64,000 nt of DNA from an uncultured Verrucomicrobiae bacterium (GCA_963765205.1 CAVXVB010000011.1:64001-128000), one strand, 5' to 3'; shown: positions 19,894-30,151, numbered from the stretch's first letter. Notes: a model not told the origin generated them from the letters alone. Numbers and translations: made by a program.

Positions 19894-20835
19894 ATGCCCG
19901 ACGCCGACCCAGACCAACCCCCGCAAAGCCCGCCTCCCGGCGAGGCTGCACCGGATGCGCCCTCGACCGAACTGGTCGGTTTCCGCGGCCTCTTTGGCGG
20001 CAGTGGCGACGACGACGGCGACGAGGGGTCATCCGCGCCCGGGGGCCGCCGCCGCAAAAAAGCCCGCTCCGAGATGGGCTTTTTCGACCATCTTGAAGAA
20101 TTGCGCATGACCATTCTCAAGTCCGCCTTCGCGGCGGCCATCGGCATGGGCATTGTGGGCCTGTTCTTTCACAAGTTTCTCACCTTTCTGCAAATACCGT
20201 ATCAACTCGCGCTCGGTCCGGACGCCGCCGCCCACCCCCTCAACAGCGGGCCGAATCCGATGGGTACGGTTTCGATGGTCATTTCGGCTTCCATTTGGGG
20301 CGGCGTGATTTTGATGCTGCCGGTCATCGTTTACTTCGTGGTGCGCTTTGTCGCGCCCGGGCTGACGTTGAAGGAAAAGGGCATGCTCAAGCCGGCGCTG
20401 GCCTCCGCCATGGTCCTGTTTTTCGCCGGCGCGCTGACCTGCTTTTTCATCATGCTCCCGGCCGGCTTGCGCTTCGCCTTCAAGTTGAACGAGACCCTCG
20501 GCGCCATGACCCTCTGGAGCCTCCAGGAATATTACTCGCTCGTCATCTGGGCCACCCTCGCCGTCGGCCTCGTGTTCGAGTTCCCCCTGATTCTCGTGAT
20601 TCTGCAGGTGCTCGGCGTCCTGTCCCCCGACACGCTGCGCGGGGGCCGGCGCTACGCCATCGTCGTCATCGCGGTGGTCGGCGGTTTGATCGCCCCGTCG
20701 CCGGACGTGTATTCCATGCTCATGATGATGGCGCCGATGCTCATCCTCTATGAAGGCGCGATCATCGTCGGCGCCCGCCTGCGCAAGCGCCGCCTTGCCG
20801 CCGAGGCCCGCCGCGCCGCCGCCAACGCCGGCTAA
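19894..20835 (+). CDS. tatC: Twin-arginine translocase subunit C
   Basis: EMGFFDHLEELR, FVAPGLTLKE, GLVFEFP, RRYAIV, PSPDVYSM, LYE. Confidence 0.96.
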   Translation: MPDADPDQPPQSPPPGEAAPDAPSTELVGFRGLFGGSGDDDGDEGSSAPGGRRRKKARSEMGFFDHLEELRMTILKSAFAAAIGMGIVGLFFHKFLTFLQIPYQLALGPDAAAHPLNSGPNPMGTVSMVISASIWGGVILMLPVIVYFVVRFVAPGLTLKEKGMLKPALASAMVLFFAGALTCFFIMLPAGLRFAFKLNETLGAMTLWSLQEYYSLVIWATLAVGLVFEFPLILVILQVLGVLSPDTLRGGRRYAIVVIAVVGGLIAPSPDVYSMLMMMAPMLILYEGAIIVGARLRKRRLAAEARRAAANAG

Positions 20836-20904
20836 ACCCGCCTGCTGCCGCCGCATTTTGGCCGTGACGCCGCCCGGCCCTTCCCGCAATATATCCAACT
20901 CCTT

Positions 20905-21700
20905 ATGATGAAACCCGGATTGAAATGGATGCAATGGGCCGCGTGGCTGGCCGCGCTGGCGCTGGCCGCGTGCGGCGGCAGCCCGACCCCGGTCAAGGTC
21001 ACGGCGGACTGGCTGACCAATCCCGACGAAGCTTTTCAAACCGCCGTCCAAAAAGGCCGCCCCGTCTTCATCGCCTTCGTCGGCTCGGACTGGAGCGACG
21101 CCAGCCAGGGCATCACCAAAGACGTGTTTGACACCCAGACCTTCAAGGATTTCGCCGACAACTATCTCGTGCTGCTCCGCGTGGACCTCGCGCGCCACCC
21201 CGAAATCCGCCAAAGTTGCCCAGATCAGCGAGACGCTGGCCGAAGGCGTGGGAGTGGACGGATTGCCGACCACGATCTTGTTCGACCCGATGAATAAAAT
21301 CCGCATCGGCAAGTTTAATGGCTACGAAAGCGGCGGCCCCACGCCCTACCTTCAGCATCTGGTTCAGAGTTTGCGGCAATGGCAGCAGACGTTGGCGCAG
21401 ACGCCGCCCGCCGGGGCTCCCGGGGTGTCGGGCGGCGTGCCGCAATTGTCCACCCCGCCGCTCGCGTTGCCGGGGGGCGCGCCGGGCGTGTCGGGCATCC
21501 CCGTGACCACGCCGCAAGACCTGGTGATGCAACAGGCGCTGCAAGCCGCGCCGATGCCCTCGTCGCTCTCGGCCACGCCGCCCGCCGCGCCCATGCCCAC
21601 GCCGGAGCAGCTCATGCAGCAATCAGCGCCACCGGCGCCCGCGCCCGCGGCCGCGTCGGCCACCGATCTGCCGCTGCTGAATACCAATTCGCTCAAGTAA
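20905..21700 (+). CDS. Thioredoxin-fold lipoprotein (SxxS in place of CxxC), split by a +1 frameshift near 21190
   Basis: Lipobox LAAC; WLTN...RPVFIAFVGSDWSDAS...DVF...FKDFA...LVLLRVD; continues in the +1 frame GVDGLPTTILFDP...GY; Pro/Ala-rich tail. Confidence 0.8.
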
Positions 21701-21867
21701 GGCCGCGCGCGGGGGAGGGTGGCGAACCGGCGCGCAAAACACGAATCATCATCCGCCGGTTCTGCGTCGTTTTTTGCCCAAGCCACAATTGCGGGAACAA
21801 TTTATTGCGGCGGCTGTTTGAGAGCATACGCCCGGCGTCGTCGCCCGCCCCGCGTCCCGCGCGCTCC

Positions 21868-22563
21868 ATGAAAACCCAGCACCCATTGCTCCAGGTCGCG
21901 ACCTCCGCCCTCCTGTTCGGCGCGCCGCTGGTGGTAAGCGCTGCGGATGCCGCCGCGAAATCCGCTGCCGACGCGTCCGCCCCCATCCACTTCCCGCTGC
22001 CCAAGGCGACCTCGCAGGACGCCGCCGCCTCGTATCAAGTGGACAATTACAAACTGCGCCCCACCGACGTGATCACCGTGGACATTGCGGATGATGACAA
22101 GGCCAGCCACGACTACTCCATTTCCGTGGACGGCACGGCGCTGATGACCTATCTCAGCCAGCCCGTCAAGCTGGCCGGCCTGACGGTGGTGCAAGCCGTC
22201 GCCGCCGTCAGCCAAGCCTATAAAGATGCAAAAATTTTTGCCCAACCGCAAATCACCCTCACAGTCAAGGAATTCTCCCCTCGCCGCATCAACGTGCTTG
22301 GCGCAGTGGGCAAACCCGGCCCCATTTACCTACCCCCGCAGAAAGACCTGACCCTCGTGGCCGCCATCACCGAAGCCGGCGGCCCAACGTCCAAGGCCGC
22401 CACTACCGTCAACATCACCCGCGTCAACCCGGACGGCACCACTACAGTGCTCAAAAACGTGGACCTCAAGGGCGCGGTGCAGGATGCCAGCAAGGACATT
22501 TCCCTGCAGGAAGGCGACACCATCTTTTTGGGCGAATCCCTTTTGGGTGCCGGCTGGCAGTAA
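21868..22563 (+). CDS. Polysaccharide biosynthesis/export protein (OPX/Wza-like, SLBB), paralogue 1
   Basis: YKLRPTDVI, ISVDG, INVLGAVGKPG, AITEAGG, LQEGDTI. Confidence 0.9.
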   Translation: MKTQHPLLQVATSALLFGAPLVVSAADAAAKSAADASAPIHFPLPKATSQDAAASYQVDNYKLRPTDVITVDIADDDKASHDYSISVDGTALMTYLSQPVKLAGLTVVQAVAAVSQAYKDAKIFAQPQITLTVKEFSPRRINVLGAVGKPGPIYLPPQKDLTLVAAITEAGGPTSKAATTVNITRVNPDGTTTVLKNVDLKGAVQDASKDISLQEGDTIFLGESLLGAGWQ

Positions 22564-22671
22564 TCCCGCGCCGCCCAAACCGCCAGCGTCCCATTTTGCT
22601 GTTGCCTCCTGCCGGTAAATTCAATAGCCTCTTCCCCTTTGGAGAAACGATTATCCCGTCGTTGGACTACT

Positions 22672-23391
22672 ATGAAAACCCCTCGCACCCTCCTCTTACT
22701 TGCGGTCTCCGCTGTTCTGTTCGGCGCGCCGGCGGCCGCCCTGGCCGCGAATGCGGCCAAGCCCGCGGACTCCACACCCGCTCCCGCCGCCACCAAATCC
22801 ACGGCGGCCACTCCGGCGCCCACCCCGAGTTCGCAGGACGCCGCCGCCTTGTATCAAACCGACAACTACAAGCTCCGCCCGACGGACATCATCAGCGTCA
22901 ACGTGGTGGATGATCCGAACGCGACCCATGATTACCGCATCAGCGTGGACGGCACGGTGCAACTCGTTTACCTCGATTCAGCCCCCGCGCTCAAGGTGTC
23001 CGGGTTGACGATTGCGGGCGCGAGAAGTGCGATCACCGCGGCCTACGTGGACAATAAAATTTTCATCCGTCCCTCAATCACGATTGATGTGAAGGAATTC
23101 TCCTCCCGCCGCATTAATGTGCTCGGCCAGGTCGGCAAGCCCGGGCCCGTTTATTTTCCACCAGAAAAGGACATGACCCTCGTCGAAGCCGTCACCGAGG
23201 CTGGCGGCCCGACGGAAAAGGCGGCCGCCACCGTCAATATCACCCGCATTCTCCCCGATGGCACCACCACGGTCCTCCACGATGTTGACCTCTATGGCGC
23301 GACGAAGGACGCGAAGAAAGACATTCCCCTCCAGGAGGGCGACACCATCATGCTGGGTGAATCCGCTTTTGCCAACGTCTGGCAGCATTAA
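22672..23391 (+). CDS. Polysaccharide biosynthesis/export protein (OPX/Wza-like, SLBB), paralogue 2
   Basis: Same motifs; obviously similar to 21868..22563 along its length. Confidence 0.9.
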   Translation: MKTPRTLLLLAVSAVLFGAPAAALAANAAKPADSTPAPAATKSTAATPAPTPSSQDAAALYQTDNYKLRPTDIISVNVVDDPNATHDYRISVDGTVQLVYLDSAPALKVSGLTIAGARSAITAAYVDNKIFIRPSITIDVKEFSSRRINVLGQVGKPGPVYFPPEKDMTLVEAVTEAGGPTEKAAATVNITRILPDGTTTVLHDVDLYGATKDAKKDIPLQEGDTIMLGESAFANVWQH

Positions 23392-23437
23392 TTAACCACT
23401 GCGGTCGCAAATATTTTCACCCACCATCTCCGCCCTC

Positions 23438-25906
23438 ATGAAACCTCCCCAGAAGCCGCCGCAAAACCCGCCTCCGCCGGGCAACCCCCCCCCTCCGGGA
23501 AATCAGCCACCTTCGGGCAAGCAGCCATCCGGTCGTCCGGACGGGAAAGGCACCAATTACTCCGGGTATTCAACCTACGGTGATTATGGCACTTATGGGT
23601 ATGGTTCGGGTTACGGCGCGGGTTATGGCACCGGCTATGGCGGCCAGGGGGGTTATGGCGGCTACGGCGGCAACGCGCCCTACGGCGGCTACAGCGGCTA
23701 CTATTATGGCTACGGCTACGGCGGCAACCAGGCCGGCGGCGAACCGGCGCAAACGCGCAACATTCGCGACTACCTCATCATCCTGCGCGAGCGCATCTGG
23801 TATTTGATCCTGACCTTTTTGGTGATTTTTGGCGCCTTCATCCTCTACCTGGTCAACGCCACGCCCGAGTATCAGGCCACGGCCAGCCTTCGCGTCAACA
23901 AGGTCGAGCAATCCGCCATGCAAAATCTCGTGCAAGACCACTCGACCGATGTGGCCACGCCCGAAGACTTCAACACCCGCATCCGCATGATGGAAACGGA
24001 TGATATTATCCAGCAAGTCGCCAACCGCATGTCCGATGATGAAAAACGCGACTTTTTGCTGCCATTTAAAAATAGCGATGTCCTGGATCCCGCAGCCAGC
24101 CTGGTGGACCGCCTGAAGCGCGCCCGCACTGTTACCCCCGGCCGCCTGGCCTACATTATTCAAGTCAGCATCGAGCATCCCAACGCGGCCCTGGCGGCGA
24201 AAATTGCGGATGACTTCGCCCAGGTCTTCATCGAAAACAACGACCAGCGCAACGAGGAGCGCGCCACCAAGGCCGTCGAGGTCATCCAAAATGACTACAA
24301 TGAAAAGAAGTTGCAAATCGAGGACCTCCAATCGCAGATGAACGCCCTGGTCGAAAAATATGGCAAGAATGATTTGGACCCCCAGACAAATACCCTGCCC
24401 GCCGAGTTGCAGGCGCTCAACAGCACCCGGGTTACCGACCAAGGCACCCTCGATACCGCGGAAGAGCACTGGAATCAGGTCAAAGCCTATCAGGAAGCCG
24501 TGCCGCCCAAAGACCTGTGGAACCTTTCCTATATCGCTGCCGACGGGCAGGTCTCCAAACTTAAAAGCACCTTGGACGACTATGATGTCCAACTGAAAGG
24601 TCTTTCCATGAAGTTTGGCGAAAACCACCCGACCATCAAGAATCTGGTGCTCCAACGGGACCAAGCCAAGCAGGAATTGGATGCCGCCTGCGCCACCGCC
24701 GCCCAGCGCGTTTACTCGGACTATCTGGCCGCCAAAGAAAAGTTCGATGCCTCCAACCAGCATGTGCAGGACTTGACCGATCAAATGCGCCTGCTGTCCA
24801 GCGCGCAAGTGAAGTATAATCAAATTGCCATGGAAAAAAACAGCGCGGAATTACTGGCGCAAAGCATGCAGCAAACCATGGAGGATCAAAAAGAACACGT
24901 CCGCGAAGGTGGGGAAAGTTACGAAGTTGTGGATCACGCCGCCGGCCTGGTGCTCCAGACGGCCCCCAAGACCCTCCTGCTCATTGTCGGCGGCCTCATT
25001 ACCGGCATCATGGGCGGCGTCGGCATGGCGTTCCTCGTCGCGTTCCTGGACGACCGTATCAAATCCGCTTTTGACATCGAGTCCTACGTCGGCCTGCCCC
25101 TCATCGGCATCCTGCCGCGCATCGCCCACCTCAACGCGCACGAAAAGGCCCAAGCCGTCGCCTCCAATGCCGACCGGCGCATCACCGAGGCCTTCCGCTC
25201 GATTTATTCCACCCTCAAGCTCAACGACGCCTCGAAGAATGCCCGCGTCATCCTCGTCACCTCGACCATCCCCTCCGAGGGCAAGTCCTTCATGACGACC
25301 AACCTCGCGCTCACCTACGCCATGCACGCTGAGCGCGTCCTGCTGATTGACTGCGACTTGCGCATGCCCAACATTGCCAAGTCCCTCGGCAAGGAAACGC
25401 TCGAACAGGGCCTGATGACCCACTTGCGCGAAGGCCGCCCCTTTGAGGAATGCATCGTCAAGGACTTCTACCCCGGCATGGATGTGATGCCCACTGGCGG
25501 CCGCACCAACAACCCCACGCAGATTTTCAACGCCCGTGAGTTTGCCGACTTCATCACCCGCATGCGCCAGCAATACGACCGCGTCTTTATTGACTCGCCG
25601 CCCCTCGGCGCCGTCAGCGACGCCCTCAACCTCCTCCCCAATGTGGACGGCGTGATCTACGTCATCAAGTTCAACGCGGTGAAGCGCAAGGTGGCCAAGA
25701 TCAACCTCTCGCGTTTGATGCAGGGCAACGTGCCGGTCTTCGGCGCCGTGCTCAATCAAATCAGCCTGGCCTCCGCCAGCTATTATTACACGCACTACTA
25801 CGACAAGTCCTACCGCAATTACTATATGCAGGAGGAAGCCCAGCAGGCCTCCGATGCCGCCGCTGCGGCCGAGGCCACCCCGCCCCCGCCCGAAAATAAG
25901 AATTAA
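23438..25906 (+). CDS. wzc: Polysaccharide co-polymerase / BY tyrosine kinase
   Basis: Two TM helices flanking a coiled-coil; Walker A TSTIPSEGKS, LIDCDLRMP, FIDSPP; C-terminal Tyr cluster YYYTHYYDKSYRNYY. Confidence 0.93.
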   Translation: MKPPQKPPQNPPPPGNPPPPGNQPPSGKQPSGRPDGKGTNYSGYSTYGDYGTYGYGSGYGAGYGTGYGGQGGYGGYGGNAPYGGYSGYYYGYGYGGNQAGGEPAQTRNIRDYLIILRERIWYLILTFLVIFGAFILYLVNATPEYQATASLRVNKVEQSAMQNLVQDHSTDVATPEDFNTRIRMMETDDIIQQVANRMSDDEKRDFLLPFKNSDVLDPAASLVDRLKRARTVTPGRLAYIIQVSIEHPNAALAAKIADDFAQVFIENNDQRNEERATKAVEVIQNDYNEKKLQIEDLQSQMNALVEKYGKNDLDPQTNTLPAELQALNSTRVTDQGTLDTAEEHWNQVKAYQEAVPPKDLWNLSYIAADGQVSKLKSTLDDYDVQLKGLSMKFGENHPTIKNLVLQRDQAKQELDAACATAAQRVYSDYLAAKEKFDASNQHVQDLTDQMRLLSSAQVKYNQIAMEKNSAELLAQSMQQTMEDQKEHVREGGESYEVVDHAAGLVLQTAPKTLLLIVGGLITGIMGGVGMAFLVAFLDDRIKSAFDIESYVGLPLIGILPRIAHLNAHEKAQAVASNADRRITEAFRSIYSTLKLNDASKNARVILVTSTIPSEGKSFMTTNLALTYAMHAERVLLIDCDLRMPNIAKSLGKETLEQGLMTHLREGRPFEECIVKDFYPGMDVMPTGGRTNNPTQIFNAREFADFITRMRQQYDRVFIDSPPLGAVSDALNLLPNVDGVIYVIKFNAVKRKVAKINLSRLMQGNVPVFGAVLNQISLASASYYYTHYYDKSYRNYYMQEEAQQASDAAAAAEATPPPPENKN

Positions 25907-25976
25907 GAATTATGAAATGCGTCGTGGCCGCAGCATGGCCTTTACTTCTTAACTCATAATTCTTGCCTCTTAATTC
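25897..25976. repeat. Inverted heptamer tracts (AAGAATT / AATTCTT) between convergent wzc and sua5
   Basis: AAGAATTATGA and its exact reverse complement TCATAATTCTT within longer degenerate tracts. Confidence 0.7.
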
Positions 25977-27010
25977 CCTTCCCCTGCCGCGCGCCGCAGG
26001 CGGTCGTTGAGCGCCAGGCCCCAACCCGGCTCCGGCGCCTTTTCACACCAGATTTTTTCATAACCCGCCTGGTCGAGTCGCAGTAGCAATTCGTAAAGGT
26101 CGCGCGCTGCTTGGGCCAGCCCCCCGTTTTGGCCCAGCCAAAAAACTTCCGTCCTCACCGGCACATCCCCCACCTTGGCCGATGGGTTGAACCTCACCCA
26201 GGCCACGCGTCGGCCCACCGGTGGTGAGTTCGGCGGCGTGCCCGGTTCCAGCAAACCCATTGGCGTGCGCGGGCTGTAATGGCGCGCCAGCAATCCCGGC
26301 GCCACCAAGCCTTGCCCAAGCCCGGCTGAAGTTGCCGCAGGAGCAAATGCCGGCGCGAGCACCGGCTGGCCCAGGATGCGCGTCAGCGCCTCCGGCGTGA
26401 TCGGCCCCGGGCGCAGCACGCGCGGCGGCGCAGTCGGGTCGCTTACGTCCACGATCGTGCTTTCCAGGCCCACCGTGCACGGACCACCATCCAGAATCCA
26501 TGGCAGCCTTCCGCCGAATGAAGCCCGCACGTGCTCGGCGCGAGTCGGGCTGATATATCCGAAGGGATTCGCGCTCGGCGCCGCCAGCGGCAGGCCGCCT
26601 ACCGCCAGCACGGCGCGCATCACCGGGTGGGCGGGCGCGCGCACCGCGACAGTCTCGCGCCCGGCGGTAATAAGCGGGGAGACCACCGGCTTTTTGCGCA
26701 GCACCAGGGTCAGCGGCCCCGGCCAGCACGCCGCGGCCAAGGCGCGCGCGAGCGGCGTGAAATGGGCGAACTCCTCGAAAAATTCCACATCGAGGCCATG
26801 CACAATCAAGGGATCCAGCAACGGGCGGCCTTTGACGGAGAAGATATAGCGCACCGCCTCCTCGTCGCGCGCATTCGCCGCCAGGCCATAAACGGTCTCC
26901 GTCGGCAGTGCGACCACTTCTCCCTGGCGCAGCAATTCCGCGGCGCGTTCCACGCCGGCGGCGGTCGGGGGCAGGATCGGCGGCAGGTCCGCGTAATCGC
27001 CGGGTTGCAT
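25970..27010 (-). CDS. sua5: L-threonylcarbamoyladenylate synthase (Sua5/TsaC2)
   Basis: PTETVYGL, KGRP..PLIVH, WPGPLTL, APSAN, GLESTI, APG...HYSP, ALNDRLRRAA. Confidence 0.96.
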   Translation of the reverse strand: MQPGDYADLPPILPPTAAGVERAAELLRQGEVVALPTETVYGLAANARDEEAVRYIFSVKGRPLLDPLIVHGLDVEFFEEFAHFTPLARALAAACWPGPLTLVLRKKPVVSPLITAGRETVAVRAPAHPVMRAVLAVGGLPLAAPSANPFGYISPTRAEHVRASFGGRLPWILDGGPCTVGLESTIVDVSDPTAPPRVLRPGPITPEALTRILGQPVLAPAFAPAATSAGLGQGLVAPGLLARHYSPRTPMGLLEPGTPPNSPPVGRRVAWVRFNPSAKVGDVPVRTEVFWLGQNGGLAQAARDLYELLLRLDQAGYEKIWCEKAPEPGWGLALNDRLRRAAGEGN

Positions 27011-27096
27011 CGTGGGCGGGGTAAAGAGGGTTAGGCGAGAACGCGCTGCGCCCGCTTCAACTCCGCGACTTTTCCCGGCTCCAGCCACCCGCCGGC

Positions 27097-27303
27097 TTAC
27101 TTCATCAGCAGCAGGCTGCGCGAGCGCTTGATGGTCTTGGTAACGTGGCGCTGCTCCTTGGCGGTGAAGTGTGTGATGCGCCGGGGCAGGATTTTGCCCG
27201 TGTCGGTGACATGGCGCACCAGCGCCTCGGTGTCGAAGAAAGTGTAATCAATCGGCGTTTTGGAGCGCGGCTTGTCGGCGGCCTTTTCGGCAGGTTTATC
27301 CAT
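27097..27303 (-). CDS. rpsR: 30S ribosomal protein S18
   Basis: [24 protein letters not shown]. Confidence 0.92.
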   Translation of the reverse strand: MDKPAEKAADKPRSKTPIDYTFFDTEALVRHVTDTGKILPRRITHFTAKEQRHVTKTIKRSRSLLLMK

Positions 27304-27467
27304 GGCAGGCAAAGGGATTGGGTGAAACAGGATAGAGAACGCTATTTCGGCGGGATGGGCAAGCGAAAAAGAAGGCAGCGTCCTGGATGAATAATATGAC
27401 GAATTTGCGGGTATTTACTTTCCCCCCTCTTCCTCTTACTTTCCGCTTTCCACCTCCTGTCTTTCCC

Positions 27468-28397
27468 ATGCTCATCCTTGGATGCGGCTATCTCGGAACG
27501 GCCTTGGCGCGCCACGTGCGCGGCGAGGGCGGCGCGGTGTCGGCGTTGACGCGGAGCGCCGCGCGGGCGGGCGAGTTGCGGGCAATCGGACTCGATCCGG
27601 TGCTGGCCGGCGATATCGCGAGTGATGAATGGCATGCGGGTTTGAATCCGGCGGACGCGGCGATTGTCAATGGCGTGGCCCCGGGCGGGCGTGGCGAGGA
27701 GGGCTACCGGCATTCCTTTATCGAGGGGGCAAAATCCATTGTTCGCTGGCTGGAGCAGTCCGCCGCCGCCGGCCACGCGCCGGCGCGGGAATTGATTTTC
27801 ACGAGCTCGACCAGCGTCTATCCGCAAACGGATGGCGGGTGGGTCGCGGAGGACGCGCGCGTCGAAGCTGCGGAACTTGGGCCGGCGGGAATGATTTTGC
27901 GCGAGGCCGAAAACCTTTTGCTCGCCCTGCCACCCCGGCTGGTCCGGCGGGTGTGGGTGTTGCGGCTGGCCGGGTTGTATGGCCCGGACCGACACCAGTT
28001 GCTCGACGCGCTGCGCGCCGGCGAAAAATCATTTCCGGGCGATGGCGCGCACTGGGTGAATTTGCTGCATCGCGATGACGCGGTCAGCGCCATGCGCGCG
28101 TGTTGCGCCGCGCCGCCGGCCATTCGCGGGGGTATTTACAATGTCGCCGATGACGAACCCGTGCGCAAAGGCGAGTTGGTGGCGTGGCTGGCCGGGAAAC
28201 TCGGGCAAGATCCGGCCGCGTTATCCTTTGACGCCGCAACCTCGGCGCGCTCGCCGCACCGGCGCAATGCCGGAGGAAGAGTTCCCAACCGGCGCATTTC
28301 CAATGCGCACCTTAAAGACACGCTCGGTTGGTCTCCCCGGTATCCTTCCTGCCAAGAGGGTTACGATGAAATTATACCACTTCTCGACCGCTCATAG
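27468..28397 (+). CDS. NAD-dependent epimerase/dehydratase (SDR)
   Basis: ILGCGYLG, FTSSTSVY, LRLAGLYGP, NLLHRDD, YNVADD. Confidence 0.9.
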   Translation: MLILGCGYLGTALARHVRGEGGAVSALTRSAARAGELRAIGLDPVLAGDIASDEWHAGLNPADAAIVNGVAPGGRGEEGYRHSFIEGAKSIVRWLEQSAAAGHAPARELIFTSSTSVYPQTDGGWVAEDARVEAAELGPAGMILREAENLLLALPPRLVRRVWVLRLAGLYGPDRHQLLDALRAGEKSFPGDGAHWVNLLHRDDAVSAMRACCAAPPAIRGGIYNVADDEPVRKGELVAWLAGKLGQDPAALSFDAATSARSPHRRNAGGRVPNRRISNAHLKDTLGWSPRYPSCQEGYDEIIPLLDRS

Positions 28398-28471
28398 ACT
28401 ACATGGACTATATGGACTTGTATGGACCGCAAGAACGGCTTGGGCTGAAATCCAAAAGCGTCAGGGGATTG
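28377..28471 (+). repeat. Dispersed ~95-bp repeat, copy A
   Basis: CCACTTCTC...TGGACTATATGGACT...GAACGGCTT...GAAATCCAAAAGCGTCA; aligns with copies at about 45693 and 47205. Confidence 0.85.
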
Positions 28472-28576
28472 ATTTTATAGGGCAATGACTGCTTCCGAAA
28501 TAATGTCTCCAAGACGCTGACGAAGCCAAGGAGAGCCTCAAACAGGGGCCAGACGGCCCAGATATGCCGAGGCCGG

Positions 28577-30121
28577 TTATTTTTGGGGATCGTCGGTGGA
28601 AAAGGAGTGATTAAAGGCGGCCAGGATGGCCGGCATTGGGGTGCGGATTTGGGGCACGGATTGATAGCCTTCCCAGCCTCCCCCCAGCCCCTTGTAAAGG
28701 GCGACGAATTGCAAGACGACGGCTTCCTGGGCGGCGGCATATTGGTCTTGAAGCTCATACGATTGCCTTTGGGCATCCAAGACATTCAGAAAATCCGTCA
28801 GCCCGCGGTCATAGCGTTGCGAGGCGAGACTGACCGCTTGCTGGCTGGCCGCCAGGGCCTGATTCAAATGCCCCAAACGATCCTGCCCAGCGGCATAATT
28901 GGCGAGCGCATTGTCAACCTCTTCGACCGCGCCCAAAATGGTCTTCTTATAATTGACCAATAGCGCCCGGGTGTCGAAATCCTGCGCTTCAATGGCGGCA
29001 TCCAGCGCGCCGAAATCCAGCAACGGCCAATAGGCGGTGGGGCCGGCGGACCAAATGGAATGGGTTTGATCCGGGCTTTTGTCCAGGCCCTGCCCCTGCA
29101 ATCCGATGCCCGCCGTGATGCCAACGCGGGGGAATAAATCTGCTGTCGCCACGCCGATGCGCGCCGTGGACGCGGCGAGTTGTCGCTCGGCCAGCCGGAT
29201 GTCGGGCCGCCTTTGCAACAAGTCAACTGGCAAGCCGGGCTGGATCGAACCGGGAATTTCCGGCAACGTATCTGGACTTTTTTGCAACTCGCCCGCCAAC
29301 TCATCGGGGAACTTTCCGAGCAGAACCGCCAGTCGGCGCTGCGCTTCCGCGATCTCTGCCTGCAAGGGCGCGACTTCGGCTTGGACGGTTTCCAATTGGC
29401 GTTGGGCCAGCGTCACGTCCAATTCGTTGGTCAATCCACGGTCATACCGCGCCTGGACGAAGTCGAAAGTTTGCTGCTCGGTGGCGATGTTTTCGTTGGT
29501 GATCGCCAACTGAAGTTGCAACGTGCGGGAGTCCATATACGCGCGAACCACGTCAGCAATCAGTGAGATTAAAACCGCATTGCGCGCCTCGGCAGCGGCT
29601 TGCACGTCATCATAGGCGGCTTCGATTTCCCGCCGGTTTTTCCCAAAAAAATCGAGTTCCCATCCGGCGTCAAACCCCGCCACTTCGGTGATTTCCTTGT
29701 AACCCGCCGTATTCGTTCCGGCCGTGAGAGGGCCGGACACGCGGCTCCTCGTGGCATCGGTTCCCGTGCCGACGCCCGCACCCCCGCCGCCCCCGCCGCT
29801 CGGCAAGGCCCGGCCAAAAACCACCGCTTCGTCCGACCGGGCTTCTTGCAAGCGATCCAGGGCGATTTCAAGATCGGGGTTCGCGGCGATGGCGCGCTCA
29901 ACCAATGAATTCAATTCCGAGTCGTTCAAGGACTGCCACCAATGGGCGGCATCAATGGGATTGGTCGCGGGAGGCGGGGCCGCTTTCGCATCGGTGGCCG
30001 CCAAGCTGGCAGAAAAATTTGCGGGCATGAACACGGCTGGCGCATGGTAGTCCGGGCCGACCGCGCAGCCGGAGAAGCAAGCGCCAAGGGCAAGGACAGA
30101 CAGCGTAGTTGCTGGTTTCAT
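28577..30121 (-). CDS. RND efflux outer membrane factor lipoprotein (NodT family)
   Basis: Lipobox FSGC-AVGPDY, WWQSLND, WELDFFG, LLQRRPDIR, LYKGLGGGW. Confidence 0.95.
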   Translation of the reverse strand: MKPATTLSVLALGACFSGCAVGPDYHAPAVFMPANFSASLAATDAKAAPPPATNPIDAAHWWQSLNDSELNSLVERAIAANPDLEIALDRLQEARSDEAVVFGRALPSGGGGGGAGVGTGTDATRSRVSGPLTAGTNTAGYKEITEVAGFDAGWELDFFGKNRREIEAAYDDVQAAAEARNAVLISLIADVVRAYMDSRTLQLQLAITNENIATEQQTFDFVQARYDRGLTNELDVTLAQRQLETVQAEVAPLQAEIAEAQRRLAVLLGKFPDELAGELQKSPDTLPEIPGSIQPGLPVDLLQRRPDIRLAERQLAASTARIGVATADLFPRVGITAGIGLQGQGLDKSPDQTHSIWSAGPTAYWPLLDFGALDAAIEAQDFDTRALLVNYKKTILGAVEEVDNALANYAAGQDRLGHLNQALAASQQAVSLASQRYDRGLTDFLNVLDAQRQSYELQDQYAAAQEAVVLQFVALYKGLGGGWEGYQSVPQIRTPMPAILAAFNHSFSTDDPQK

Positions 30122-30151
30122 GGCGGGAGAACTTTTGGAAAAATCCAGAAG

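Noticed and set aside
21379..21867. Long N-terminal extension of OPX paralogue 1
   Set aside because: Overlaps the thioredoxin-like gene; ATG 21868 gives a signal peptide matching paralogue 2.
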